From: Basidiobolus meristosporus CBS 931.73 | Lineage: Eukaryota > Fungi > Basidiobolomycota | Reading direction: 5' to 3' | Assembly: GCA_002104905.1 (NCBI GenBank) | Contig: MCFE01000149.1 | Span: forward strand, 62,001 to 126,000 | Length of the DNA stretch: 64,000 bases | Part shown: positions 25,201 through 36,522 of the stretch, one piece after another | Layout: the number at the start of each line of letters is the position of its first letter | How positions within the stretch are numbered: the stretch's first letter is position 1 | Program-made: the position numbers and the translations under genes | The notes under the pieces: generated by a model | What the model was told of the DNA's origin: nothing | Database searches by the model: none | What the model saw: only the letters and a program-made list of their open reading frames with translations

Positions 25201-26085
25201 GTAATGAGTTGTAGCATGACTTTATCTGGCTTCTTCCTCTTGTTGAAGAACTTTTGCTTTATATAAAGCTTGCTTGGTACTGACTTTGCTCTAGAGATCA
25301 TCTCTAAGGACTCTCATACAGCTTTGGCAGTATTTGAAGCATGGATTTGTCCAATGAAGGAACCTTGCATATTGACGCATAGAGTATTAAAGGCCTCTCT
25401 CACCTTTTCTTGAAACTTCTACACTTCTTCTGCTGTTCCTTTGGGCTCAACTTCTTTTCCTGTAAATATATTCCAAATCCTTCTTTCTTCAAGGCAAATC
25501 TCCATCTTGATTCCCCAAGCCTGTAGTTCTCCCCATCAAACCTCTCCTTTACTGGGAAGATGTTGGTATTGTTATGATCTGCCGCTTGAATGTTTAAGTT
25601 AGATCAGTATTTTGTCAAATCTATTAGTATATGTTTAGGTTATCAGTATATCAGTATTATCTATCAAATCAGTAGCATTAGTCAGCAAATGAATCAGCAG
25701 ATCCTTATCAGACAAAAATAGATATATTAAGTAGGATCTTATTGGGTGATGATGATTCAATCAAATGAGTCATCAGCCACAACCTACATTAGGAAATACA
25801 ATTAGTCAGCAAATGATCTGGCAAAATGTATATAAGGAGCTGCTGGAACCTCAATAAAAATCAGTTCAAGTTTTAGTGAATACAATACTAGCTAAACTCC
25901 CTATTCCTCTACCACTCTTATACCAAGACTTGTAACAGTATTATTCTGCCAGCTGGTAAAAGTCATCTTTAAAATAGGTTAAGGCAATTGAGGCTTATAA
26001 CCTGTTGCAATTCAAGAGGTAGTTTGGATACAATGAACTTATCAAGACTTAGTGAAAATACTTGACTGATGTTTACAACATATTG
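22220..26085 (-). mobile_element. Degenerate Copia A copy (RT to gag, PBS, partial 5' LTR from 26003)
   Basis: Colinear with 7030-10540, with many stops and frameshifts; PBS remnant GGTTATAAGCCTC. Confidence 0.9.
25570..25937 (+). repeat. Solo Gypsy G LTR inserted in Copia A gag, 4-bp TSD GTAT
   Basis: TGTTATG...GTAACA flanked by GTAT on both sides; removing it rejoins the gag start seen at 10385-10422. Confidence 0.9.
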
Positions 26086-26089
26086 ATAT

Positions 26090-26328
26090 TAACTAATTGT
26101 ATTTTCTAATGTAGTTTGTGGCTGATGACTCATTTGATTGCATCATGATCACTTAATCAGATCCTACTTTGTATGCCTAGTTGCGTCTTATAGGGGGTTG
26201 CTGGCTCATCTGCTGACTAATAGTACTAATTAGTTAGATAGCATTGATATACTAATAGGCTCAACACAAGAATAATGATATGACTCATAACAGATCTAGC
26301 TTGAACATACAAGTGGTAGATCATAATT
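26090..26328 (-). repeat. Partial, degenerate Gypsy G LTR in reverse orientation
   Basis: Reverse complement of the first two-thirds of 2057-2425 (GTGGCTGATGACTCATTTGATTGCATC...GATCATAA). Confidence 0.75.
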
Positions 26329-26329
26329 G

Positions 26330-29025
26330 ATCTCTCATCTCCAACTTGCTCAAGGAGTCCAATTTTGTCTATTTAAGTGCCTCCTGGTCAGCTGTAGCCA
26401 CTTTTAGGTTGTAAACATTGAGTACCAGGATAATTATTTCCTGATTTAGAAGCTTCACATATATACTCTGATCTGCAGTGCTACAAAGGAGCCCAATCAC
26501 CACTAAATATTTGTCAATTGTGTTATTCCTTATTCTGGATGCCTGCTTAAGCCCATACAGCAAAATTCTAAGTCAGCACATGTCACAGGGACCTTCTTGA
26601 TTTGTAGAGCCTCTGGTTGCTCCATAGACATCATTAATTGTAGATTCCTATTCATATGGACTGTTTGATTTCCATTTGGCATATATTCAGACTATATACA
26701 GCTGTCAAGGTCAGAACTGTCCTAATAGCTTCTTCATAGTCATTGGATGTCTGCCACCTAGATCTAGGGGCAATTTGGATTCTGGTAGATATCCTTACCG
26801 GGTTTATCTATTCTAATCTGGGACTGGTAGAGTTTTCTACTGTATCTGGTTATACTAGCTTAATATCTTCTTCATTAGTGGTGCTTACATAATCAGACAG
26901 CTAATCAATGATGATAGTGGCTCTCCAGTTTGAATTCTCCTCAGATACAACATCCCTGATCTTGTTCAGCTTGTGAATTTTACTGTCATGTATATTATAC
27001 CCTATATTATTGTTACCAGCAGCGGGGAAGGCCCCTTTTCTTCTTTTTGGCTCCAACTTTGCGCTTTTTTTGACTTGGATGTAACAGAGAAGATAACTGC
27101 CAACTATCCTAATGTTGCAATTTAAGAAGTGATTTGGATACAAGGAACTAATAAAGATATAGTGATTATATATGAAATGTTGTGTATTAATAAAGAGGGT
27201 CAGTATCTATACCTTTGTAGAAGTGGTACAGCTGTAACACTAAGTAAGGATGGTTTCTTAACATTCAGGAGCATTCTGTAACAGTTTTAGGGTATTACCT
27301 AATGTTAGGTAAAAAGTGTTGATTTGATCTTCACTCTAGGGGAATAGTCATAGGACCATATATGTGCAGAAACTGGCAAATGTGGGGCTGCAAATTAGTC
27401 CTACAGTGACCAAGACTAGTCTAGAATTGCTAAGTAAATTTTTAGCTGGTGAATGATGACAAATAGTCCTATATTTCAACACCTAAGGTGCTGGATGTTG
27501 GCTTTTAGACTTGATTACACTTAAGGGTGTGTATTCATGTAGGGCTGTTGTTGGGCTTCCAAACTAGATTTATACTGCAATAGCAACAGATTCAGCCCAA
27601 AACTTGATGTACATTCCCCTATCATGCAGCATTGACTTTTCCATCTTTGCTATTGCTCCACTTAGACATTATACTACTCCATTTTGCTATGGAGCATCTA
27701 GTGCTGTGGTCTAATACAGTGTAACAGCAGATGAATGGTACTTTGCAAGCTCCTTGGAGCAGTAATCCTCTTCATTGCCACTTCAAAGTACCTTCATTTT
27801 TCTCCTTGCTTGTGCTTCTGCTATGTTCTCAAAGTGCTTAAACAACTCTAGAGCATCATCTGTTGTCTTATGGAAGTAAACTCATGTATATCAAGTGTTA
27901 TCATCAATAAACATTATGTAGTATCTCTTGGCACCAAATGACAATGTTCTCATGGACGCATGTATATGTGAGTGCACAATAGCTAATATCTCAATGGTGC
28001 TAATGCTTGCTGAGCTGCTAAAACATTGCAATGCTTGTTTGCCTTATAAAAATCCCTTACACACATTTGGTTTAATTTGAATTAAGTAATTTAGGCCCAA
28101 AATAAGTGGATTTCTCATCAATTGGCTTATTTCTGTTTCCTAATGTCTCCTATTCTCCTATACCATGTTCAATAGTCATAATCTCTTGTTTCAGCAGTTT
28201 TAGCATATTTAGGCACTATAATCTTGTATTGTAATTTGTATATTGTGATCAATGATTCCCAAAGCTAATATTAACCATTGTAACACAATATTACAAATTT
28301 CAGCTTAGCAAAATCAAATCTCAGTGCCTGAGTAGTTACCATATACTCACTGGGAGTAGGTTCTTAACTATTCCAGGCACATATAGTATGCCAGTTGGTT
28401 TTGTTGCTGTTATCCCTGAGATATCACTCATTTTAGCTGTGTAGACCTACTGGTGGTAGCTTCCAGAGCACAATTGTCCGCAAGATAAACATCTCTTGCA
28501 GGAATAGTTTTCAAGTTACTGAACTACTTCTTTGCACCATAGGTATGCTGTGATGCCCCAGAGCACCCATACCACTTATTAATATAGGTACCTACACTTT
28601 CCATAATTATATGGTCTGCCTGCGCTAGCTTTAGTTTTTGGTCCACTTGTTTCTATATACATTGTCTTGCCCAATGTGCCAGCTTCTTCTAGTTGTACCA
28701 GCAACCAGGCTTTCTTTGCTTCTGTTGCTTCCCCTTCTTTTCTGTGCACCTCTCTGAGTGGTATAAAGCATCATCCTTAATTTTCCCAGTTTTGTCATTG
28801 CATCTTAGATCTTCATGGTGAACTCTTTCTTTGACATTATCTAAAGTGAGATTGTCTTCTCTGCTTTCAAAAGAGAGTATGAGTGGCTCATTCTTGTCTG
28901 GTAAGCTGCAAGGCAAATGGAGTATCTTCTCTTCATCACCTACATCAACATGGATACTGTTAAGTTCTTCTGCAAATGTCTACATTCTGGTAATGAGCTG
29001 TAGCATGTCTTCCTCTGGCTTCTTC
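26330..29025 (-). mobile_element. Highly degenerate Copia A copy (RT, IN, PR and gag fragments)
   Basis: LYGLKQA, KLEPKRRKG and SLPDKNEPLILSFESREDNLTLD fragments colinear with the intact element. Confidence 0.85.
27113..27481 (-). repeat. Solo Copia A LTR (369 bp) inserted into a Copia A integrase region, TSD CCTAA
   Basis: TGTTGC...TCAACA flanked by CCTAA at 27108-27112 and 27482-27486; host sequence matches 8480-8500 of the intact copy. Confidence 0.9.
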
Positions 29026-29384
29026 TATTGAAATATTGTACTATTTGGTATCATTCAGCAGCTAAAAATTAACTTAACAATTCTGGACTAGTCCTGGTCA
29101 CTGTAGGACTTACAGCCCTTACCTTGCCACTTTCTTCAGATCCATGATTCTATAGTTACTCCCCAATTGCCAATATCAAATTAACACTTTTACCAATTAT
29201 TAGACTTGTTCCATTGGATAGTGCCACATAGTGCCAGCCTGTTTATGGTGCTGGATTGATCTGGCACTCTATGGCACTATTTGGCACTACAATTTCTATC
29301 GTGATGCCAGTGGTTTGATACAGTTACTGGTAATTTTACTCAATCTTACTTATGTTGCTCAGAATAGTGCTTTCCTTGCTTTAT

Positions 29385-30269
29385 TTACTGTTCATAATGC
29401 TCCAGACACATTTCACTCAGTGGATGTCCTCTTGTATGAGCATACTGAGTATTAATAAGTATCTTAACTATTTTACCTATTCTGCTGTTTTCCCCTATAT
29501 ATGACTTTCCTCTGTATTTACCTGCAAATATGCTGAATCTCTTCAGATATCCAAATGTGTGCTCTACCCTCACTCTGAAATGATTAAACATCCCATTGTA
29601 GAGCTTCTGCTTCCTGCTAAGCACACCATTCCTTGGCTTTCTATAAGCTGTAATACATCCTAATCTGTTACAATCCTCTCCTATATAGGCTAAGTCTGCC
29701 ATACATTTCTCCCCTCTACTGAATTCAGGATGATTCTTTACCCAGAGTGCTTTGTCATGCCTACTTCCAGCAAATGGCCCACTAAACCAGATGATGTTAC
29801 CCTCCATGTCAGACAGTGCTTAAAACTTCACACAGTGTTCCTTGTACTTGCCAGAATAAAAGAGCCTCTGCCCTCTAGAAGGTCTGTTAATCCTCACTGA
29901 GAAGGTATCCAAAATACTCCTGATATGAAACCTGTTGCTGAACACTCTGGGATATGGAAGTCTATTGGAGCTTCTGAATCTAGTATTCCAAGCTTGCTCC
30001 AAGTCATTCATACACTCTGCAAGGTGGTTCTCCATTGCTGTCAGCTGAGAATGAAAGCTTCTAGGACTTCTGTTGCCATGGATGGTGCGATGAAACCTTG
30101 TAGGGCAATAGTTCTTGTAATAGCAGAGAAGCTTAACAAGGGATCTCCTTGAGTAGATTGGGGTTGATGGTCCACAGTACTTGGAATAGATCTCCTCTAG
30201 TGTGTCAAAAGGAAATCCAGTGGTAGTAATGGGATTGATGAGAAAAGACCATTCAGATGAGTAATTCAT
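29385..30269 (-). pseudogene. DDE_Tnp_4-type transposase (~294 codons, single CAA>TAA stop at 29820-29822)
   Basis: ILDTF..I.RPS...YSGKYKEHCVKF*ALSD..G.I.W.SG...GSRHD...MADLAY...YN..FNHFRVRVEHTFG.LKRF; the stop is Q (KFQA) in copy 2. Confidence 0.85.
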
Positions 30270-30629
30270 ATTAAAATTGGTGGATGATTATATGGAGGTG
30301 GTTTGAATTGATTTGGCATAATCTGCATTATTTATCTGATTTTTAATGCATTATGATTAAATCTCCGTCAATTGCCATGTATCCCATCATTATGTTGCAA
30401 AAATCATCCACAAACAATGCCTTGGTACTTTTATTGATGCTTTACTCATAGGTCTATATTCAAATAGGAAATCTGCAATTGATGTGATCTGATCCATGTC
30501 AGCGCAATCCAAGATTCATCATGCATGATACATGGAAAACTCAACAATCACATTGGTTTTCATATATATTTCATATAAGACCAGGTTGATGCCAATATAC
30601 TGCTGTATAAGAATTCAAATCCGTTGCTA

Positions 30630-31746
30630 TGATCCCCATACCAAGTCCCAAGTCATCTTTAGTATAATCCAGACAAAACCCATCCCCCAGCTCACAAGCA
30701 CGGTCTGGACCGGAAAAGTCAATGTTGGATCCGTTCAAGTTCTTGCCAAATGATTTTAGTATGGCCCAAGTGTCTATGATGAGCCTTCATACAGATATTT
30801 GGGCACTACTGATTAATCTAGCAGAACTAGATACCTCAGAGAGTTGACAAAGATGGAAGAATATGAGTAGAAAGCTGTGGTATGAGTTCTACATCAGGAT
30901 GCCAGCCAATGTATGTAAGAAGATTTATAACAAGACAAGTATTGAAATCAAGAATGAGCTGAGAGTGAGGGGATTTGATGAAGAAGCCGCGCGGGAACAA
31001 TTTTGCGTGCAATTTGCACAGTATGGGCCAGATGCATCCGTTTGTGCCTCAACTTTGGGAACCAAAGAGATTTTGAATGAATTTTGCCTCAAATGACTAA
31101 TGTACTATGTGATATATTAGTAGAGCTAAGTGGCTTCTAAGAGCAATATACACAGGACTCATCCAGGCAACAGCTCCAAAGTATCAGACAGAGGGTTAGT
31201 GAATACCTTGAGGAATCAGACGGTGAGCTTCAGGAAGAAGAATACAGACCGCAAGCAACATTGTCCAGATTGTGCCAGCATGCCTCACTGGATTCCTTAC
31301 CATTTCTTGCAACCACAGCGCACCGGCACACATCAGTCCAGACTACGCCAACACCCTTTACCAGAGCGCCCCACATTGAGTCAATGCATGTTGGGTCAAT
31401 GCACATGCTTCAGAGCAAAATTACCAGAACTTGCCAAACTGCATATTTAGACACAAGTCCATTGGAGCAGACCAAGTTGTGTCAACATGCAGCATCACAT
31501 CAAACTCAGCCAAGGGCCATCTCAACGCATCAAGGTGTGCCTGCGTGTGCTGTTTTGCCTGACCATCAGCAAGTTACTTCTGGTGAACTGACTGATGATG
31601 ACCAATATGAAGTGCTTCAACTACTAGAGCCCTTAGCAAGTAAAAGAACGTGTCAGCGCTGTAGTGGGGTGACAGTGACACCCACTGACAGATGTGCTCA
31701 TTCCCTTATTTTCTACTTTCCTATATCTCTACTACACCTATTTTAG
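30630..31746 (+). pseudogene. PHIS ORF2 (~370 codons reconstructed), possible Myb/SANT-trihelix-like DNA-binding protein
   Basis: Conserved with 42225-43495; a stop and a frameshift in this copy are sense in the other (SGF*E vs SGFQE; EFLPQMTNV); motif DIWALL...E..RWKNMSRK. Confidence 0.5.
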
Positions 31747-34700
31747 TTTTATCCCATTTGTCTTACCCAATCAGTACTATCCCATAAGCCATTTGACTAT
31801 CACACCTGCTTACCTTATTGCATAAGTTACCCCTCACTTTATGTAGATTACTAGCTTTAAGTGCCTCTATATTAGGCAAGTACCCGCGCCAGTACCCGTG
31901 ACATATGGTCAAACCTGTGTTACCATCCCTACCTTTTCCATACCATATATGGTATCCCCATGTTACACATGTTTCAGAATACTGATTCCTGATTGGTTGG
32001 ATATGCTGTGCCTCTTAGAACCTTCCAGCACCTACTTAGAACATCCTTAGGTTGTTCTGATGTTATTAAGATTTCTATTGATATCTGGAACCTTCTGGAA
32101 CACCATGATTAGTAATCACTTAGCCAGTAAGAAAAGTATATAAGGGAGGCTATCCCTCAACAATAAATCATCATCCATTTTATCAATATACCAACTTGTT
32201 GATTAGTGTGATCACTGCTACCTGCTGCTACCTGAACTTCCAACCCCATACCACAGGACACTTCCAGGAAACTGCGCTGACAGCCAACTGACCTTGGAGG
32301 CACTACTTGTGAGGAATACTCAGAGTAGGTATCTTTTATTATATTTGATCCTTTCCCAAGTTTGTTCTTGTACAGGCAAAGATACTTTTCTGTCTTTGTA
32401 ACTATTGACCACAGCTGCATTCTTATCAAGTCCCTGCTGGTGGAGTTTACAGTTGTTTTGACTTTGGAAGCTTTAGTACATTGTCATCTCAAAGGACGCT
32501 GAACCCAGCACATACTTTTGTTAAGACGCCAACTAAGTTGGGGATTGTAGCTCAATAGTTTTCCCTTGACAAGCTTGTGGCTTTATTCCCCTTCACATTA
32601 GATTAGAGACAGAACCCAAATATTCCTAGCAAGCTTTTGCCAGAGGTTATTGCACGCAGTGAACACCCCACACACAAAACACTTGAGAAGTGTTGGACGT
32701 ATCTCTCCCTTGGACCTATACACCACCACAGCGCATGGCACTCCAGGCCGGTTCAGTTGGTTCAGTTGGAGCAATTCAGCATGGCCAAGCTGCAGCATTG
32801 CACTCATCAACTAGGAGGCAAATACTGACTACCAATACACAAGTAGCCAATTTGATAGTCAGCCAGGTAGTAGTATAGGTGTGCAAAGTGAGTCACTACC
32901 AAATGCTTCAGTAGTAATCCCTGTGAGAAAAAACCCAGGAGAAGATGATGCAATTGCTTTGAATTGCTTTTTTTTGTAATGATCCCAACAACCTATTTTT
33001 TTTGCAATCCAAATCAAGCCATTTCAAATCAGTGATCATCAAATTTTTGATATAAGTAATATTAAGGTTGTCTCACATTTGAGACAGAACCCCAATGAAT
33101 AAACACCCTGCATATATATACATCATCTGTAATACCAGTGCAGCTATTGGATCTGTTTCACACCTACTCAATTGCTTGTGTGCTAGCAATGACACCTTGT
33201 CCAATCACTAGGATCAGGGATTTATTTGCTCAATGGGCAAAATGGGATATTTGATTGCAAATCAGGTAGCTTGTTTAGTAGTCAATGAGCCAATTGGGGG
33301 CTGCCAGCTTCAGGATACTTTTGAGCCAATTAACCACTGAGATACCATCCATATGGAGCAACGGTAACCAAAATGGTAAGTATCAGTGTAGTCTATAGTG
33401 TGATACACATTTGTTTCCATTTGCATTAAAGAAACATATCCAAATACCAGATTTTACCTGCCATAATAGTGGTATCCAATTGCGCACGTGATGCAAACAT
33501 TACAAGTTGGCACAACTATCCGTGCCAACCTCATTGTGTCAGATTGTGCCATATTGTGCAAGATTGTCCAAGAACAATCCTGCCTTCTGGTAGCTACAAT
33601 ATTGCACCCAATTGTTTTTTACACCCACAGATTGCCCCTGCACCCTGGCACGGTACAATGGAACAAGTCTAGTATGTACCAACCCTGAAACTGTTACAGA
33701 GTGCTCCTGAATGATGAGAAACCCTCTTTACATAGGGTTACAGTTGTATTACTTTTACAAAGGTTCAAATACTAAGCTTCTTTGTGAATAAGCAATAGTT
33801 CAACTATTGCCACTATTTCTTAATAAATTCCTTATATCCAAATCTCTTTTTAAGTTGCAACTGATTGAGAACCCAAATTGATTTATCTAACTAAAGGATG
33901 ACTTCTGCCTGGAAACAGAACAACTCAAACATTTTCCTGGTAGTAGAGAGGTTTGATGCAAAGAACTGCAAACTTTGGAGAATCCAGGTAAAGATTCACC
34001 TTGAGTAAAGAAAGCTTAAGAATCAGTAACAAGAAAAGATGTTGACCCTAAAGAAACAGCAGAAAAGGTGGAGAAGTTTCAAGAGAAGGACAGGAAGGCC
34101 TTTAATGCTATATGGATTAATGTGCTAGCTTCCTTCCTTGGACAAATCTATGCTTCAAATAGTACCAAAGTGACATGGATGTCCTTAGCACAGATTTTTT
34201 ACAACAAAGTGAATATCAATCAAGCTTTATATAAAACTAAAGTTCCTCAACATGAGGAAGAAGCCAGATGATGACATACTACAACTCATTACCAGAATGG
34301 AGACACTTGCAGAAGTACTTTATAGTATTAATGCTGGTGTAGATGATGATGAAAAGATACTCTGCTTTGCAGCTTACAAGACAAATATGAGCAACTCATA
34401 CTTTCTCCTGAAAGCAGATAAGACAATCTGACTTGAGACTATGTCAAAGGAGGCCCTCTCCATGATGAACTCTGATGTAGTGATCAAGCAGGGAAAACTG
34501 AAGATAATGCTATCTTCAGCTCAGAAAGGTGCACAAAAATGAGGGGAAAGCAACAAAACCAAAAAACCTGCTTGCTGTAACTATTATAAGACGCCAGGGC
34601 ACTGGGCAAGAGTATGCAAGAAGAAACAGGCAGACAAAAAGTGGAAACTAGAGCAGGCAAACCATATAACTACTGCAGAACAATTATATGTAACTGTATA

Positions 34701-36522
34701 AGAGAGTGCAGTTAATCAAAGTAAAGAAATATACAGTGACTCTGGCGCATCACAGCATATTTTCAGTACAATGGAGTGGCTCAGCAACTTGAAGGCTATT
34801 CCTGTAAGAAAGGTTTATCTGGGAGACTACTTTACACTAAAAGCTATTGCCAGTGGGTGTATGCCACAAAACATGAGTGATATCTCTGGGGCAACAAGAG
34901 CAAGACTGACTGACATGCTCTATGTGCCTGGAATAGCTGAAAGCCTACTCTCAGTTAGTAAGGAAATTACTCAAGGACTCAAACTTGTTTTTACTAAGTT
35001 AAGCTATTAATATTAAGTGAAGATACACAAAAATATGCTTTAGTAATCAGAGATCACAATATATACAAGTGTCAATGCAAGATAATTGTACCTGAGTATG
35101 TCAACTATGCTGAAGCTGATGAAACTGACTGGGAGAAATGGCATAGGAGGCTAGGACATAAAATCAGCTTGTTTCAGGCCTAAATTACTTAATTACAAAC
35201 ATATGGAATGTCTGTAAGGGATGTTCCCACGGTGAGCAAGCTAGGCAATGTTTCAGTAGCTCAGGAGGAATTAACACTACCAAAATATTGGCTATTGTGC
35301 ACTCAGCTCTATGTAGCCCATGAGAACACTGTCCTTTGGAGCCAAGAGATAAACTACAACATTGATGGATGAGAAGACAAAATACATATGGGTGTACTTT
35401 CTCAAGACAAGGGATGAGGCTTTGGAGATATTCAAGAACTTCAAGAACATGGCAGAAACACTAACTGGGTACAAATTGAAGGTACTTCAAAGTGACAATG
35501 GAGAAGAATACTGCTCAAAGGAGTTGGCAATATCCTGCTCATTTGCTGGTATAACCCAACAGACCATTATTTCACATATTCTACAGCAAAATGGAGCAGC
35601 AGAACCTGCAAATAGAACAATAGTAGCAATGCAAAGATATATGCTACATGATAAGGGAATGGACTACAGGTTTTGGACTGAATCTGTTGCTACCATTGTA
35701 TGGATAAGGAATAGATGACCAACAGCAGTGTTGTGTGACTCCACACCCTTTGAGACATATACAGGCAAAAAACAGAACTCCTCCACCTCAGGACCTTTGC
35801 AGTGGTGTCTTTTTTGACATTGCTGACAAAAAATGCTCAAAGCTGGAACCTAAGAGTAGAAAAGGGACCTTTATTGGGTATTGCAATGATACTAAAGGGT
35901 ATTGAGTGTACAATGGCAAAATTCAGAAGCTGATTGATAGTAGAGATGTTGCATCTGGGGAGATTTCTGATGAGAGAACAACTGATATCATTTTGCCAGC
36001 TGCCTGACAATGTAATTTACACCAATGAAGAAGATATATCCCTAATTTGGCCAGATACAGAAGATGATTCTACCAGTTCTAAATCAGAGCATGTTATCCC
36101 AGTTAGGAGATCTACTAGAATAAGAAATGCCCCTGGTTCCTGGTGACATACAAGTGATGATAATGAAGAAGCTTATTTTGCTTTATGAGCCAAACCTCAG
36201 AATTTGGAACAGGCAATGCAAAGTTCAGATGCTACTATGTGGCAACAAGCCATGCAGGGGGAGCACCAATCACTGATCAAGGTAAAAATGTGGGAACTAG
36301 TAGATCTACCCAATGGAAGAAAGCCAGCAAGATATAAATGGGTCTACAAGATCAAGATAACCTCAAATGGCACTGCTGATAAGTACAAGGCTAGATTGGT
36401 GGTCAAAGACTGCATCCATCAGACACCTCACACATCTTGTGTTGTGTAGCTTCTCCCAGGAGTGCCTCTACACAACCACAGTGCTCATGGCTCAATGTGG
36501 CACTTTCTAATCCAACAAGTTC

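Larger units (their letters stand above)
29202..33670. mobile_element. Full-length PHIS-superfamily (PIF/Harbinger/ISL2EU-related) DNA transposon, 4469 bp, two divergent ORFs
   Basis: 15-bp perfect TIR AGACTTGTTCCATTG extended imperfectly by GTGCCA repeats; flanks ATT/AGT at the position of a single ATT in the host LTR. Confidence 0.85.
29026..36407 (+). mobile_element. Degenerate Copia A copy on the plus strand; its 5' LTR is split by the PHIS transposon and pol is truncated in early RT
   Basis: LTR halves at 29026-29201 and 33671-33862; gag-PR-IN-RT fragments at 33897-36407 (LQSDNGEEY, RRSTRIRNAPGSW, YKARLV). Confidence 0.88.
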
